A DNA stretch of 32,000 bases from Rhodobacter capsulatus SB 1003 (GTDB lineage Bacteria > Pseudomonadota > Alphaproteobacteria > Rhodobacterales > Rhodobacteraceae), in NCBI RefSeq assembly GCF_000021865.1, contig NC_014034.1:480001-512000 (forward strand). Direction: 5' to 3'. Position 1 is the first letter of the stretch; the number at the start of each line of letters is the position of its first letter. Below, piece after piece: positions 17,372-26,665 of the stretch. A program made the position numbers and the translations under genes. Under the pieces are notes generated by a model. The model was not told the origin of the DNA. It was given only the letters and a program-made list of their open reading frames with translations, and searched no databases.

Positions 17372-18547
17372 ATGTTCGCTGCTTTGCGCACCCCCCGCAA
17401 CCCCCTGCTGATCTGCGTCACCCTGGTCGCGGCCCTGCTTGTCGCAGCCTGCCAGCCGGGTCCCGGCGGCGGGGGCGGGCCGAGCGTCGAGGCAGGCGCC
17501 GCCGTGCCGGTGGCGCTGCTGGTGCCCGCGGGCTCGGGCAATACCGGCGACGAGACCCTGGCCGCCTCGCTCAAGCAGGCGGCGCAGCTGGCAATCTCCG
17601 ATCTCAACGGCGTGAAGATCGACCTGCGCGTCTACAACACCGGCGCCGGACCCGATCAGGCGGCGGCGATGGCGACGAAGGCCGTGGACGAGGGCGCCAA
17701 GATCATCCTTGGCCCGGTCTTTGCCGAATCCGCCAATGCCGCGGGTCTGGCCGTCGCCAGCCGCGGCGTCAGCGTGCTCTCGTTCTCCAACAACACCGAC
17801 ATCGCGGGCGGCAACGTCTTCGTGCTCGGGCCGACCTTCCCCAATACCGCGAACCGGCTCGCCCAATTCGCCAGCGCGCAGGGCAAGCGCAACATCCTGA
17901 TCGTGCATGACCAGACCCCGGCGGGCACGATCGGCGCGGGCGCGGTGCAATCCGCCGTCGCCCGCTCGGGTGCGGCGGTGGCGGGCATCGCCTCCTATCC
18001 GTTCTCGCAGCAGGGCATCATCGAGGCGATGCCGACGATTGCGGGCCGGGTCAAGGCGGGCGGCGTCGATGCGATCTTCCTGACCGCCGATACCGCGGGC
18101 GCCCTGCCGCTTCTGGCGCAGATGCTGCCCGACAACGGCGTCAACCCCGGTCAGGTCAAGTTCATCGGCCTGACGCGCTGGGACATTCCCTCGGCGACGC
18201 TGGCGCTGCCCGGGCTGCAGGGCGGCTGGTTCGCCATGCCCGATCCGAACCTGAACAGCCGCTTCAAGGAACGCTACGAAACCGCCTTCGGCACCGCGCC
18301 GCATCCGATTGCCGGGCTTGCCTATGACGGCATCGCCGCGATCGGCGCGCTGGTGAAATCCGGCCGTCCCGATGCGCTTGGCCGGGCCGCGCTGACCCAG
18401 CCCTCGGGCTTTGTCGGCGTCAACGGCATCTTCCGGCTGCGCCCCGATGGCAGCAACGAACGCGGTCTGGCCGTCGCCGAGATCCGCAACGGTCAGGCCG
18501 TGGTGATCGACGCCGCCCCGCGTTCCTTCGGCATGGCCGGGTATTGA
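17372..18547 (+). CDS. LpoA-like penicillin-binding-protein activator / periplasmic-binding-fold lipoprotein
   Basis: Lipobox LVAALLVAAC. Type-I periplasmic binding fold (ALLVPAGSGN...ILGPVF...). Divergent from rsmI, as lpoA is in enterics. Confidence 0.7.
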   Translation: MFAALRTPRNPLLICVTLVAALLVAACQPGPGGGGGPSVEAGAAVPVALLVPAGSGNTGDETLAASLKQAAQLAISDLNGVKIDLRVYNTGAGPDQAAAMATKAVDEGAKIILGPVFAESANAAGLAVASRGVSVLSFSNNTDIAGGNVFVLGPTFPNTANRLAQFASAQGKRNILIVHDQTPAGTIGAGAVQSAVARSGAAVAGIASYPFSQQGIIEAMPTIAGRVKAGGVDAIFLTADTAGALPLLAQMLPDNGVNPGQVKFIGLTRWDIPSATLALPGLQGGWFAMPDPNLNSRFKERYETAFGTAPHPIAGLAYDGIAAIGALVKSGRPDALGRAALTQPSGFVGVNGIFRLRPDGSNERGLAVAEIRNGQAVVIDAAPRSFGMAGY

Positions 18548-18597
18548 TCCCGGCCTTCCCTCCCCCGCCGAAAGGCCCCAAGGACCATGAGACGCCC

Positions 18598-21360
18598 GTG
18601 AGCGACAGCGCCAGACCCGCCCCGGCAGAGCCCGGGGCGCACCTGCTTTTCGATCTGCCCGCCCTGACCGCGCGGCTTGATGCCAGCCTGCGGGACGCGG
18701 ACGCCCGCAACATCCGCGCCGAGACCGTCCGCTTTCTTGCGGCCGAGCGCGAGGCCGCCCTGCCGCGCATCATCGCCGATTTCGGCACCCATCCGCGCCG
18801 GGCCGGAGAGACCGTCGCCGCCTATGCCGCGATGACCGACGGCCTTGTCCGCGCCGTCTTTCACGTCGCCACCACCCGGCTGCACCCGCTGCAGGCGCCG
18901 ACCGCGGCCGAGGGGATCTCGGTTCTGGCCGTCGGCGGCTATGGCCGCGCCGAGATGGCGCCCTTTTCCGATGTCGACCTGCTGTTCCTGACGCCCTGGA
19001 AGATCACCCCCTGGGCCGAAAGCGTGATCGAGAGCATGCTTTACATGCTCTGGGATCTGAAGCTGAAGGTCGGCCATTCCTCGCGCACGGTGGAAGATTG
19101 CATCCGCCTGGGCCGCGAAGACATCACCATCCGCACGGCGCTTTTGGAAAACCGCTATCTTGACGGCGATGCGGCCTTGGCCGAGCGTCTGAACCAGACC
19201 CTGCGCAACGATCTGTTCAAGGGCACCGGCCCGGAATTCATCGAGGCGAAACTGGCCGAACGGTCGGAGCGCCACCGCCGTCAGGGCGGGCAGCGCTATG
19301 TGCTGGAACCGAACGTCAAGGAAGGCAAGGGCGGCCTGCGCGATCTGCAGACGCTGTACTGGATCGCGAAATATCTGCATGGGGTCAACGACACCGCCGA
19401 TCTGGTCGGCCTTGGCGTCTTCACCGCCGAGGAATATGCGGTCTTTCAGGAGGCCGAGGATTTCCTTTGGGCGGTGCGCTGCCATCTGCATCTGATCGCC
19501 AACCGCGCCTCAGACCAGCTCTCCTTCGACGCGCAGGTCGAGGTGGCCCGGCGCATGGGCTTTGCCGATGCCGCGGGCCGTCGCGGCGTCGAGGTCTTCA
19601 TGCAGCATTACTTCCGCCATGCCACCCGGGTGGGCGAGCTGACGCGGGTCTTCCTCACCGTGCTGGAGGCGCAGCATGCGAAACCGGCGCCGGTGCTCAA
19701 GCGGCTGTTCCGGCGCAAGAAACCGCTGAAAGCGCCGTTCTTTGACGATATTTCCCGCGTCAATGTCGCCGACACCCGGGCCTTTCTGGCCGATCCGCTG
19801 AATTTCCTGCGCATCTTCGAGGAAGCCCTGCGCACCAACATGCTGCTGCATCCCGATGCGATGCGGCTGATCGCGGCCAATCTGGACCGGATCGACGACC
19901 GCCTGCGCGAGGATCGCGAGGCCGCGCATGTCTTCCTTGATCTGCTGCTCAAGCATGGCAACCCGGAACGGGTGCTGCGGCGGATGAACGAGCTGGGTCT
20001 GCTGGCGGCCTATATCCCGGAATTCGAGCCGATCGTGGCGATGATGCAGTTCAACATGTATCACAGCTACACGGTCGACGAGCATACGATCCAGTGCATC
20101 TCGACGCTGGCGCAGATCGAGCGGCGCGAGCTGAACGAGGAATTGCCGCTGTCGTCGCATATCCTCGACGAGGGGGTGAACCGCCGCGTGCTTTATGTGG
20201 CGCTTTTGCTGCATGACATCGGCAAGGGCCGTCCCGAGGATCACTCGATCCTCGGCGCGCAGATCGCCCGCAAGGTGGCGCCGCGGCTCGGGCTTTCGCC
20301 CGAGGACTGCGAGACGGTCGAATGGCTGATCCGCCATCACCTTTTGATGTCGGACGTGGCGCAGAAACGCGACCTGTCGGACCCGCGCACCATTCGCGAT
20401 TTCGCCAAGCAGGTGAAGACGCGCAAGCGGCTGGATCTTTTGACCGTGCTGACCGTCTGCGACATCCGCGGCGTCGGCCCGAATGTCTGGAACAACTGGA
20501 AGGCGACGCTGCTGCGCCGGCTTTATTCCGACACCACCCGGGCGCTGGAACACGGGCTTGAGGCGGTGAACCGCGAGCAGCGCTCGGATGCGGCGAAAAA
20601 GGCGCTGCGCGAGGCGCTGTCGGGCTGGGATGCGCGCGACATCCGCGCCGAACTGGGCCGCCATTACGACCCCTATTGGCAGGGGCTGACCACGGGCACC
20701 CATGCGATCTTCGCCGAGATGCTGCGCGGCCTTGGCGATGACGAGATCCGCATCGACCTTGACCCCGATCTGGACCATGACGCCACCCGGGCGGCCTTTG
20801 CGCTGTCCGATCACCCGGGGATCTTTTCGCGGCTGGCGGGGGCCCTGGCGCTGGTCGGCGCGAATGTGGTCGATGCCCGCACCTATACCTCGAAGGACGG
20901 CTATGCGACCGCCGTCTTCTGGGTGCAGGACAGCGAGGGCCACCCCTACGAGGCCACGAAACTGCCGCGCCTGCGGGGCATGATCGAAAAGACGCTGAAG
21001 GGCGAGGTGGTGGCGCGTGACGCGCTCAAGGATCGCGACAAGATCAAGAAGCGCGAACGCGAATTCCGCTTTCCGACCCATATCACCTTCGACAACGAGG
21101 GATCGGACATCTACACGATCGTCGAGGTCGACACCCGCGACCGGCCCGGGCTGCTTTACGATCTGACGCGCGCGCTGGCCTCGTCGAACATCTATATCGC
21201 CTCGGCCGTGATCGCGACCTATGGCGCGCAGGTGGTCGACACCTTTTACGTCAAGGACATGTTCGGCCTGAAGCTGCATTCGGGGCAGCGGCAGGAATCG
21301 CTGGAAAAACGGCTGCGCGACGCGATCATCCGCGGCGCCGAACGGGCGGGGCAGGCATGA
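18598..21360 (+). CDS. glnD: [protein-PII] uridylyltransferase / uridylyl-removing enzyme
   Basis: Nucleotidyltransferase GGYGRAEMAPFSDVDLLFL, an HD domain (LLLHDIGKG) and two C-terminal ACT domains. The start is uncertain: GTG 18598, or TTG 18544 overlapping the upstream stop codon. Confidence 0.9.
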   Translation: MSDSARPAPAEPGAHLLFDLPALTARLDASLRDADARNIRAETVRFLAAEREAALPRIIADFGTHPRRAGETVAAYAAMTDGLVRAVFHVATTRLHPLQAPTAAEGISVLAVGGYGRAEMAPFSDVDLLFLTPWKITPWAESVIESMLYMLWDLKLKVGHSSRTVEDCIRLGREDITIRTALLENRYLDGDAALAERLNQTLRNDLFKGTGPEFIEAKLAERSERHRRQGGQRYVLEPNVKEGKGGLRDLQTLYWIAKYLHGVNDTADLVGLGVFTAEEYAVFQEAEDFLWAVRCHLHLIANRASDQLSFDAQVEVARRMGFADAAGRRGVEVFMQHYFRHATRVGELTRVFLTVLEAQHAKPAPVLKRLFRRKKPLKAPFFDDISRVNVADTRAFLADPLNFLRIFEEALRTNMLLHPDAMRLIAANLDRIDDRLREDREAAHVFLDLLLKHGNPERVLRRMNELGLLAAYIPEFEPIVAMMQFNMYHSYTVDEHTIQCISTLAQIERRELNEELPLSSHILDEGVNRRVLYVALLLHDIGKGRPEDHSILGAQIARKVAPRLGLSPEDCETVEWLIRHHLLMSDVAQKRDLSDPRTIRDFAKQVKTRKRLDLLTVLTVCDIRGVGPNVWNNWKATLLRRLYSDTTRALEHGLEAVNREQRSDAAKKALREALSGWDARDIRAELGRHYDPYWQGLTTGTHAIFAEMLRGLGDDEIRIDLDPDLDHDATRAAFALSDHPGIFSRLAGALALVGANVVDARTYTSKDGYATAVFWVQDSEGHPYEATKLPRLRGMIEKTLKGEVVARDALKDRDKIKKREREFRFPTHITFDNEGSDIYTIVEVDTRDRPGLLYDLTRALASSNIYIASAVIATYGAQVVDTFYVKDMFGLKLHSGQRQESLEKRLRDAIIRGAERAGQA

Positions 21361-22904
21361 GCGGGCGGCTGCTGCGCAGCGTCGCGACGCTGGGAAGCTG
21401 GACGCTCGTCTCGCGTGTGGCCGGTTTTGCCCGTGACGTGCTGATGGCGGCTTACCTCGGCGCGGGGCCGGTGGCGGATGCCTTCAACATCGCATTCAAG
21501 CTTCCCAACATGTTCCGCAGGCTGTTTGCGGAAGGCGCCTTCAACCTCGCCTTCGTGCCGATCTATGCCAAGAAGCTCGAAAGTGGTGAAGATGCGGATG
21601 CGTTCGCGCAAAATGCATTCTGGGGGCTTGCGAGCTTCCTGACGCTCTTTGTCGTGATCGGCACCCTGGCGATGCCCTGGCTGGTCTGGGCGCTGGCCTC
21701 GGGCTTTGCAGGCGATGCACGGTTCGACATGGCGGTGGATTTCGGCCGCATCACCTTTTGCTACATCGGCTTCATCTCGCTTTTCGCGATGCTCTCGGGC
21801 CTGCTCAACGCCCATGGCCGCTTTGCCGAAAGCGGCTTCGTGCCGGTGCTGATGAACCTTGTCTTCATCGCGGCGATGCTGCTGGCGCGGCAGATGGGCT
21901 GGGAGATGGGGCAGACGCTTGCCTGGACCGTGCCGATTACCGGCGTCGCGCAGCTTGGCTGGACGCTTTATGCGGCGCGTCGGCTCGGCTTCGTGCCGGG
22001 GCTACGTGTGCCGCGCCTCACCCCGGATTTTCGCCGCCTCCTCGTGCTTGCCGGGCCGGCCCTGCTTACGGGCGGCGTGGTACAGATCAACCTGCTTGTC
22101 GGCTCGCAGGTCGCTTCGGGCACGGTGGGCGCGGTGTCCTGGCTTGGCTATGCCGACCGGCTTTACCAGTTGCCGCTTGGCGTCGTGGGCATCGCGATCG
22201 GCACGGTGCTGTTGCCGGTGCTCTCGCGTCATCTGCGCGCGGGCGAGGATGATCTGGCGCGCGACAGCTTCTCGCGCGGGGCAGAGATGGCCCTCTTTCT
22301 CACCCTGCCCGCCGCCGTGGCGCTGGTGGTGATCTCCACCCCGCTGATTTCGGTGCTTTATGACCGCGGCGCCTGGCGGCCCGAGGATACCGTGGCCACC
22401 GCCCTGGCGCTGGCCGCCTATGGCCTTGGCCTGCCCGCCTTCGTGCTGCAAAAGGTGCTGCAGCCGCTTTACTACGCGCGCGAGGACAGCCGCCGCCCGT
22501 TCCACTATGCGCTGGTTTCGATGGGGGTGAATGCGGCTTTCGCCATCGGCATGATGCCGGTGATGGGTTTTGTCGCCGCAGCGCTGGCGACCACGGTTTC
22601 GGGCTGGGTGATGGTCGGCCAGCTCTGGTGGGGGGCGCGCAAGATGGGCGATGCCGCCCGCCCGGATGCAAGGTTCTGGCGCAGGCTGTGGCGGATCGGC
22701 CTTGTTTCGGGGCTGATGGGGGCGCAGCTTTGGGTGACGGCCGACTGGCTCGCCCCGCAGCTGGCACAGCCGGGCGGGGTGCGCTGGGGGGCGCTTGGCC
22801 TTCTCTGCGGCTCGGGGATCGCGCTTTATTTCGCGCTGGGCGCGGCGCTGGGCGCCTATGGTCTGGGGGAGCTCAAGGGGATGCTGCGCCGCCGCCGCGG
22901 CTGA
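21357..22904 (+). CDS. murJ: lipid II flippase MurJ (MviN)
   Basis: TLVSRVAGFARDVLMAAYLGAGPVADAFNIAFKLPNMFRRLFAEGAFNLAFVP, with about 14 TM segments. ATGA overlap with the glnD stop codon. Confidence 0.95.
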   Translation: MSGRLLRSVATLGSWTLVSRVAGFARDVLMAAYLGAGPVADAFNIAFKLPNMFRRLFAEGAFNLAFVPIYAKKLESGEDADAFAQNAFWGLASFLTLFVVIGTLAMPWLVWALASGFAGDARFDMAVDFGRITFCYIGFISLFAMLSGLLNAHGRFAESGFVPVLMNLVFIAAMLLARQMGWEMGQTLAWTVPITGVAQLGWTLYAARRLGFVPGLRVPRLTPDFRRLLVLAGPALLTGGVVQINLLVGSQVASGTVGAVSWLGYADRLYQLPLGVVGIAIGTVLLPVLSRHLRAGEDDLARDSFSRGAEMALFLTLPAAVALVVISTPLISVLYDRGAWRPEDTVATALALAAYGLGLPAFVLQKVLQPLYYAREDSRRPFHYALVSMGVNAAFAIGMMPVMGFVAAALATTVSGWVMVGQLWWGARKMGDAARPDARFWRRLWRIGLVSGLMGAQLWVTADWLAPQLAQPGGVRWGALGLLCGSGIALYFALGAALGAYGLGELKGMLRRRRG

Positions 22905-23588
22905 TCAGCGCTTGCGCAGCTTGCGCAACAGATGCCGCCAGCCGCCCGGGGCGACGAAGAAGCTGATCGCGAACCCGGCGCCGAAGCCGGAAAATTCCGC
23001 GATCCAATCCGGTCCCGTGCCGAACAGCGCGCCAAAGACAAGCTGAATCCCCGCCAGCATCCCGATCAGCGAAAACGCCCGCATCCGGGCCGGATTGCCC
23101 GGGCCAAGCCGCATCCACAAGACCCAGGTGAAGGCGCCGATCAGCCCGTAGGCCCCCGGATAGCCGCCGATCAGCATCATCTGCGTGAAGGGCATCAGCG
23201 CATAGACGAGCGCGCCGAGCACGGTCGATCCCAGAAACACCGCCGCGACCGCCCAGCCCGGGAACACCTCTCCGACGAATTTGCCGATCGCCAGGATGAA
23301 GACCACCACCATCGCCGCATGGGTCAGGCTCAGATGGATGAAGGCATAGCTGACCAGCCGCGCCAGATCCTGCACCGACCATTGCCCGATCTCGGCCATG
23401 TGGCGGAAGGTGACCGGATCGAAGCCCAGCTGGCCCAGGATCGCCAGCCGCCAGCCCACCGCCTGCGGCCCCAGGGCGCCGGTGGTGCCCAGTGCGAACA
23501 GGATTTCCGTCACGATGATCGGCGCCGCCAGCAGCCACACCACGGGGGGAAGCGGGTTCAGCGGTTGCTCGTCATGGCCGTGGTGCAT
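22905..23588 (-). CDS. rhomboid-family membrane protein, apparently lacking the catalytic Ser/His dyad
   Basis: SYAFIHLSLTHAAMV resembles the rhomboid TM2 HxxxxHxxxN region. GGYPGAYGLIG sits where GxSG is expected. IAEFSGFGAGFA sits where AHxxGxxxG is expected. Confidence 0.65.
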   Translation of the reverse strand: MHHGHDEQPLNPLPPVVWLLAAPIIVTEILFALGTTGALGPQAVGWRLAILGQLGFDPVTFRHMAEIGQWSVQDLARLVSYAFIHLSLTHAAMVVVFILAIGKFVGEVFPGWAVAAVFLGSTVLGALVYALMPFTQMMLIGGYPGAYGLIGAFTWVLWMRLGPGNPARMRAFSLIGMLAGIQLVFGALFGTGPDWIAEFSGFGAGFAISFFVAPGGWRHLLRKLRKR

Positions 23589-23610
23589 TGTCCCTCCTTT
23601 GGGGGTGTCA

Positions 23611-23638
23611 TTGACGCCCCGCGCCCTTTAGCGATAAG
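23611..23638 (+). promoter_or_regulatory. candidate sigma-70-type promoter for trpS
   Basis: TTGACG (23611-23616), a 16-nt spacer, then GATAAG (23633-23638), about 37 nt before ATG 23675. Pattern match only. Confidence 0.25.
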
Positions 23639-23674
23639 CGCAAGGCATCCGAATTTCCAGCCCGGAGCGCCCAG

Positions 23675-24727
23675 ATGTCCGAACTCTCGCAACCTACCCC
23701 CGAAGAGATCAACGCCAAGTTCACGCCGCGGATCTTTTCCGGCATCCAGCCCTCGGGCAACCTGACGCTGGGCAATTATCTGGGGGCGCTCAAGCGCTTC
23801 GCCGAAAAGCAGGACGAAGGCATCGAGACGATCTATTGCCTGGTGGACCTGCATGCGATCACCGTCTGGCAGGACCCCGAGGCGCTGAAGAAACAGACCC
23901 GCGAGGCGGCGGCGGCCTTCATCGCCTCGGGCATCGACCCGGCGCGCTCAGTGCTGTTCAACCAGTCGCAGGTCTCGGCCCATGCGGAACTCGGCTGGCT
24001 TCTGAACTGTGTCGCGCGGATGGGCTGGATGAACCGCATGACGCAGTGGAAGGACAAAGCGGGCAAGAATGCGGAAAAGCAGTCGCTGGGGCTGTTCGCC
24101 TATCCCTCGCTGATGGCGGCCGACATCCTGCTTTATCACGCGACGATGGTGCCGGTGGGCGAGGATCAAAAGCAGCATGTGGAGCTGTGCCGCGACATCG
24201 CCGCGAAGTTCAACCATGATTACGGCGTCGATTTCTTCCCGGCGCCGCTGCCGCTGATCGAGGGCGTCGCGACCCGGGTGATGAGCCTGCGCGATGGCAG
24301 CAAGAAGATGTCGAAATCCGACCCCTCCGATGCCAGCCGGATCAACCTGACCGACGATGCCGACACGATCGCGAAGAAGTTCCGCAAGGCGGTGACCGAT
24401 CCCGAGCCGCTGCCCGACAGTCTGGAAGGCCTTGAGGGCCGGGCCGAGGCGCGCAACCTGGTGAACATCTATGCCGCGCTGGCCGACAAGACCCCCGCCG
24501 AGGTGGTGGCCGACTATGCCGGTCAGGGGTTCGGGGTGTTCAAACCGGCGCTGGCCGATCTGGCGGTGTCGAAGCTCGAACCGATCTCGACCGAGATGAG
24601 CCGACTGATGAACGACCCGGCCGAGATCGACCGGATCCTGGGGCAGGGCGCGGAAAAGGCCGATGCCATCGCCCAGCCGATCCTGCAAAAGACGCTCGAG
24701 ATCATGGGGATGATCCGCTCGCGATAA
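23675..24727 (+). CDS. trpS: tryptophan--tRNA ligase
   Basis: HIGH-region equivalent [16 protein letters not shown], then GEDQKQH and KMSKS. Confidence 0.95.
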   Translation: MSELSQPTPEEINAKFTPRIFSGIQPSGNLTLGNYLGALKRFAEKQDEGIETIYCLVDLHAITVWQDPEALKKQTREAAAAFIASGIDPARSVLFNQSQVSAHAELGWLLNCVARMGWMNRMTQWKDKAGKNAEKQSLGLFAYPSLMAADILLYHATMVPVGEDQKQHVELCRDIAAKFNHDYGVDFFPAPLPLIEGVATRVMSLRDGSKKMSKSDPSDASRINLTDDADTIAKKFRKAVTDPEPLPDSLEGLEGRAEARNLVNIYAALADKTPAEVVADYAGQGFGVFKPALADLAVSKLEPISTEMSRLMNDPAEIDRILGQGAEKADAIAQPILQKTLEIMGMIRSR

Positions 24728-24736
24728 GCGGCCAAG

Positions 24737-24821
24737 GCGGGGGCTCTGCCCCCGCACCCCCGGGATATTTGTGGCAAGATGAAAGCCGAGCCCCTTTATC
24801 TTGCCGCAAATATCCCGGGGG
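24737..24821. repeat. composite intergenic element: GC hairpin module plus a 65-nt near-perfect palindrome (copy B of the TATTTG..CAAGA family)
   Basis: 24739-24761 is GGGGGCTCTGCCCCCGCACCCCC. 24757-24780 pairs with 24798-24821 over 24 contiguous positions (one is a T/G wobble), and 4 further pairs follow a 1-nt bulge. It lies between the convergent trpS and MATE stop codons. Confidence 0.8.
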
Positions 24822-24836
24822 GTGAATGAGCGCAGC

Positions 24837-26162
24837 TCAGAGGGGGGCAGCGCCCCCCAGCGCCGGTGCGGCTTTCGCCTCGGCCCGGGGGTAAAGCCGT
24901 GCCATCGTCACGCCGCGGGCAAGGTTCAGCACCATCAGCGCCGCCCAGAGCCCGTGATTGCCGAAGGCCGGGATCAGGGCGCAAAGCGCGGCGATGTAGA
25001 TCGCGACAGATAAGAGCATCGCATTGCGCATCTCGCGCGTCAGCGTCGCGCCGATGAAGATGCCGTCGAACATCCAGGCGGCAATGCCGATCAGCGGCGC
25101 AAGGCCCATCCAGGGCAGATAGGCGCGGGCGGTTTCCCGCACCTCGGGCGCGGTGGTCATCGTGTCGATGATCGCGCCGCCGAAGATCAGGAACAGGGCA
25201 GAGAGCAACGCCGCCCCCGCCACCCCCCATTGCGACGCGACGACGGCGGCGCGGCGCAGGCTGCGGGGCGCGCGGGCGCCGACGGCCTGACCCACCAGAC
25301 TTTCCGCGGCAAAGGCGAAACCGTCGAGCGCATAGGCGGTGATTTCCAGAAACTGCAGCAGCACCTGATTGGCCGCCAGTTTCACATCGCCCTGACCCGC
25401 GCCCAGAAACAGGAAGGCGGTGAAGCTGCCCTGCAGGATCACCGAGCGGATCATGATGTCGGTATTGACCCGCGCCATCTGTTTCAGCGGCGCGGCGGCC
25501 AGGATCACCGCCCGGCTCAGCCCCGGCACGAGGGCCGAGCGGGAAAGCCAAAGCGCCAGGGCGAGGCCCGAGAGTTCCGCAATCAAAGTGGCTGCGGCGA
25601 CGCCCTTGACCCCCCACCCCAGGCTAAGGACAAAGAGCAGATCCAGCCCGACATTCAGCCCGTTCATCAGGAGTTGCAGCACCAGCACGGCGCGGGTGCG
25701 TTCCAGCGCGATCAGCCAGCCGGTGAAGGCATAAAGCGAAATCGTCGCGGGTGCCCCCCAGATCCGGATCGACAGATAGTCCTGCGCCAGCCGCTCGACC
25801 TCGGCCGAGGCGGGGGCGATCTGGAAAGCGGCCCAAAGCATCGGCACCTGCAACGCGATCAGGCACAGCCCCGCGGCGAGCCCGATCCCCACGGCGCGGA
25901 TCAGCCCGGCCGAGATTTCCAGGCTGTCGCCCTCGCCCTTGGCCTGCGCCACAAGCCCGGTCGTGCCCATGCGCAGGAAGCCGAAAATCCAGTAGACCGA
26001 GGCCAGCACCACCGCGCCAAGGCCGACGGCGCCAATGGGCGCGGCCTGTCCCATCTGGCCCACCACCGCGGTATCGACCGCGCCCAGAAGCGGCACGGTC
26101 GCATTCGAAATCACGATCGGGGCCGCGATGCGCAGCACCCGGGCGTGACTGACGGGCGTCAT
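24837..26162 (-). CDS. MATE-family efflux transporter (DinF-like)
   Basis: MTPVSHARVLRIAAPIVISNATVPLLGAVDTAVVGQ..., 12 TM segments and an internal duplication. The start ATG 26162 overlaps the upstream stop codon (ATGA). Confidence 0.9.
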   Translation of the reverse strand: MTPVSHARVLRIAAPIVISNATVPLLGAVDTAVVGQMGQAAPIGAVGLGAVVLASVYWIFGFLRMGTTGLVAQAKGEGDSLEISAGLIRAVGIGLAAGLCLIALQVPMLWAAFQIAPASAEVERLAQDYLSIRIWGAPATISLYAFTGWLIALERTRAVLVLQLLMNGLNVGLDLLFVLSLGWGVKGVAAATLIAELSGLALALWLSRSALVPGLSRAVILAAAPLKQMARVNTDIMIRSVILQGSFTAFLFLGAGQGDVKLAANQVLLQFLEITAYALDGFAFAAESLVGQAVGARAPRSLRRAAVVASQWGVAGAALLSALFLIFGGAIIDTMTTAPEVRETARAYLPWMGLAPLIGIAAWMFDGIFIGATLTREMRNAMLLSVAIYIAALCALIPAFGNHGLWAALMVLNLARGVTMARLYPRAEAKAAPALGGAAPL

Positions 26163-26665
26163 TCCGCGCGGTCCGGCATCAGGAAATGCCCGGTCGCCTG
26201 GGCGAAAAGTTTTGCCCGGTTGTCCTGCCAGGCCTCGACATGAACGCTGGCATAGCGCCGCCCGGAGCGGTTCACCCGCGCCCGCGCATAGGCGTCGCGC
26301 GGCAGGCCGGAGCGCAGGTAATCCACGGTGAAATCGATGGTTTTCGGCAGCCGCGGCAGAACCGGATCGGGGGCGGAAAGATCGATCCGCCCGGCTTCCA
26401 TGTCTTCCCACAGCAGCGTCCAGCTGAGTTCCATGATCGCCGACACCTCAAGGAAAGCCGCCGTCACCCCGCCGTGGATCGCCGGGATCAGCGGATTGCC
26501 GATCAGCTTGTCGTCATAGGGCAGGACCGCCGTCAGTTCATCGCCGCGGCGGTCGAAGCTGATACCGAGAAAGCGGATATAGGGCACGCCGGAGACCAGC
26601 GCGCGCAGGGCGGCATCGCGGCGGCCCTTGACCAGATGCACCGGTTCGGGTCTCGGACGGCTCAT
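26159..26665 (-). CDS. PaaI/YigI-type hotdog-fold thioesterase (second of a tandem pair)
   Basis: NPLIPAIHGGVTAAFLEVSA...IDFTVDYLR fits the PaaI-family pattern. ATGA overlaps at both ends. Confidence 0.75.
   Translation of the reverse strand: MSRPRPEPVHLVKGRRDAALRALVSGVPYIRFLGISFDRRGDELTAVLPYDDKLIGNPLIPAIHGGVTAAFLEVSAIMELSWTLLWEDMEAGRIDLSAPDPVLPRLPKTIDFTVDYLRSGLPRDAYARARVNRSGRRYASVHVEAWQDNRAKLFAQATGHFLMPDRAE

Noticed and set aside
24837-26411. Upstream extensions of several ORF-track entries: 24837-26411, 15010-16101, 16011-16643, 978-2669, 119-1009, 26662-27147, 27170-27589 and 27728-28201.
   Set aside because: In each case the extension overlaps the preceding gene or is Arg/Pro/Gly-rich. 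An internal ATG with a Shine-Dalgarno or an ATGA junction gives the family-typical N-terminus, so I used the internal starts.
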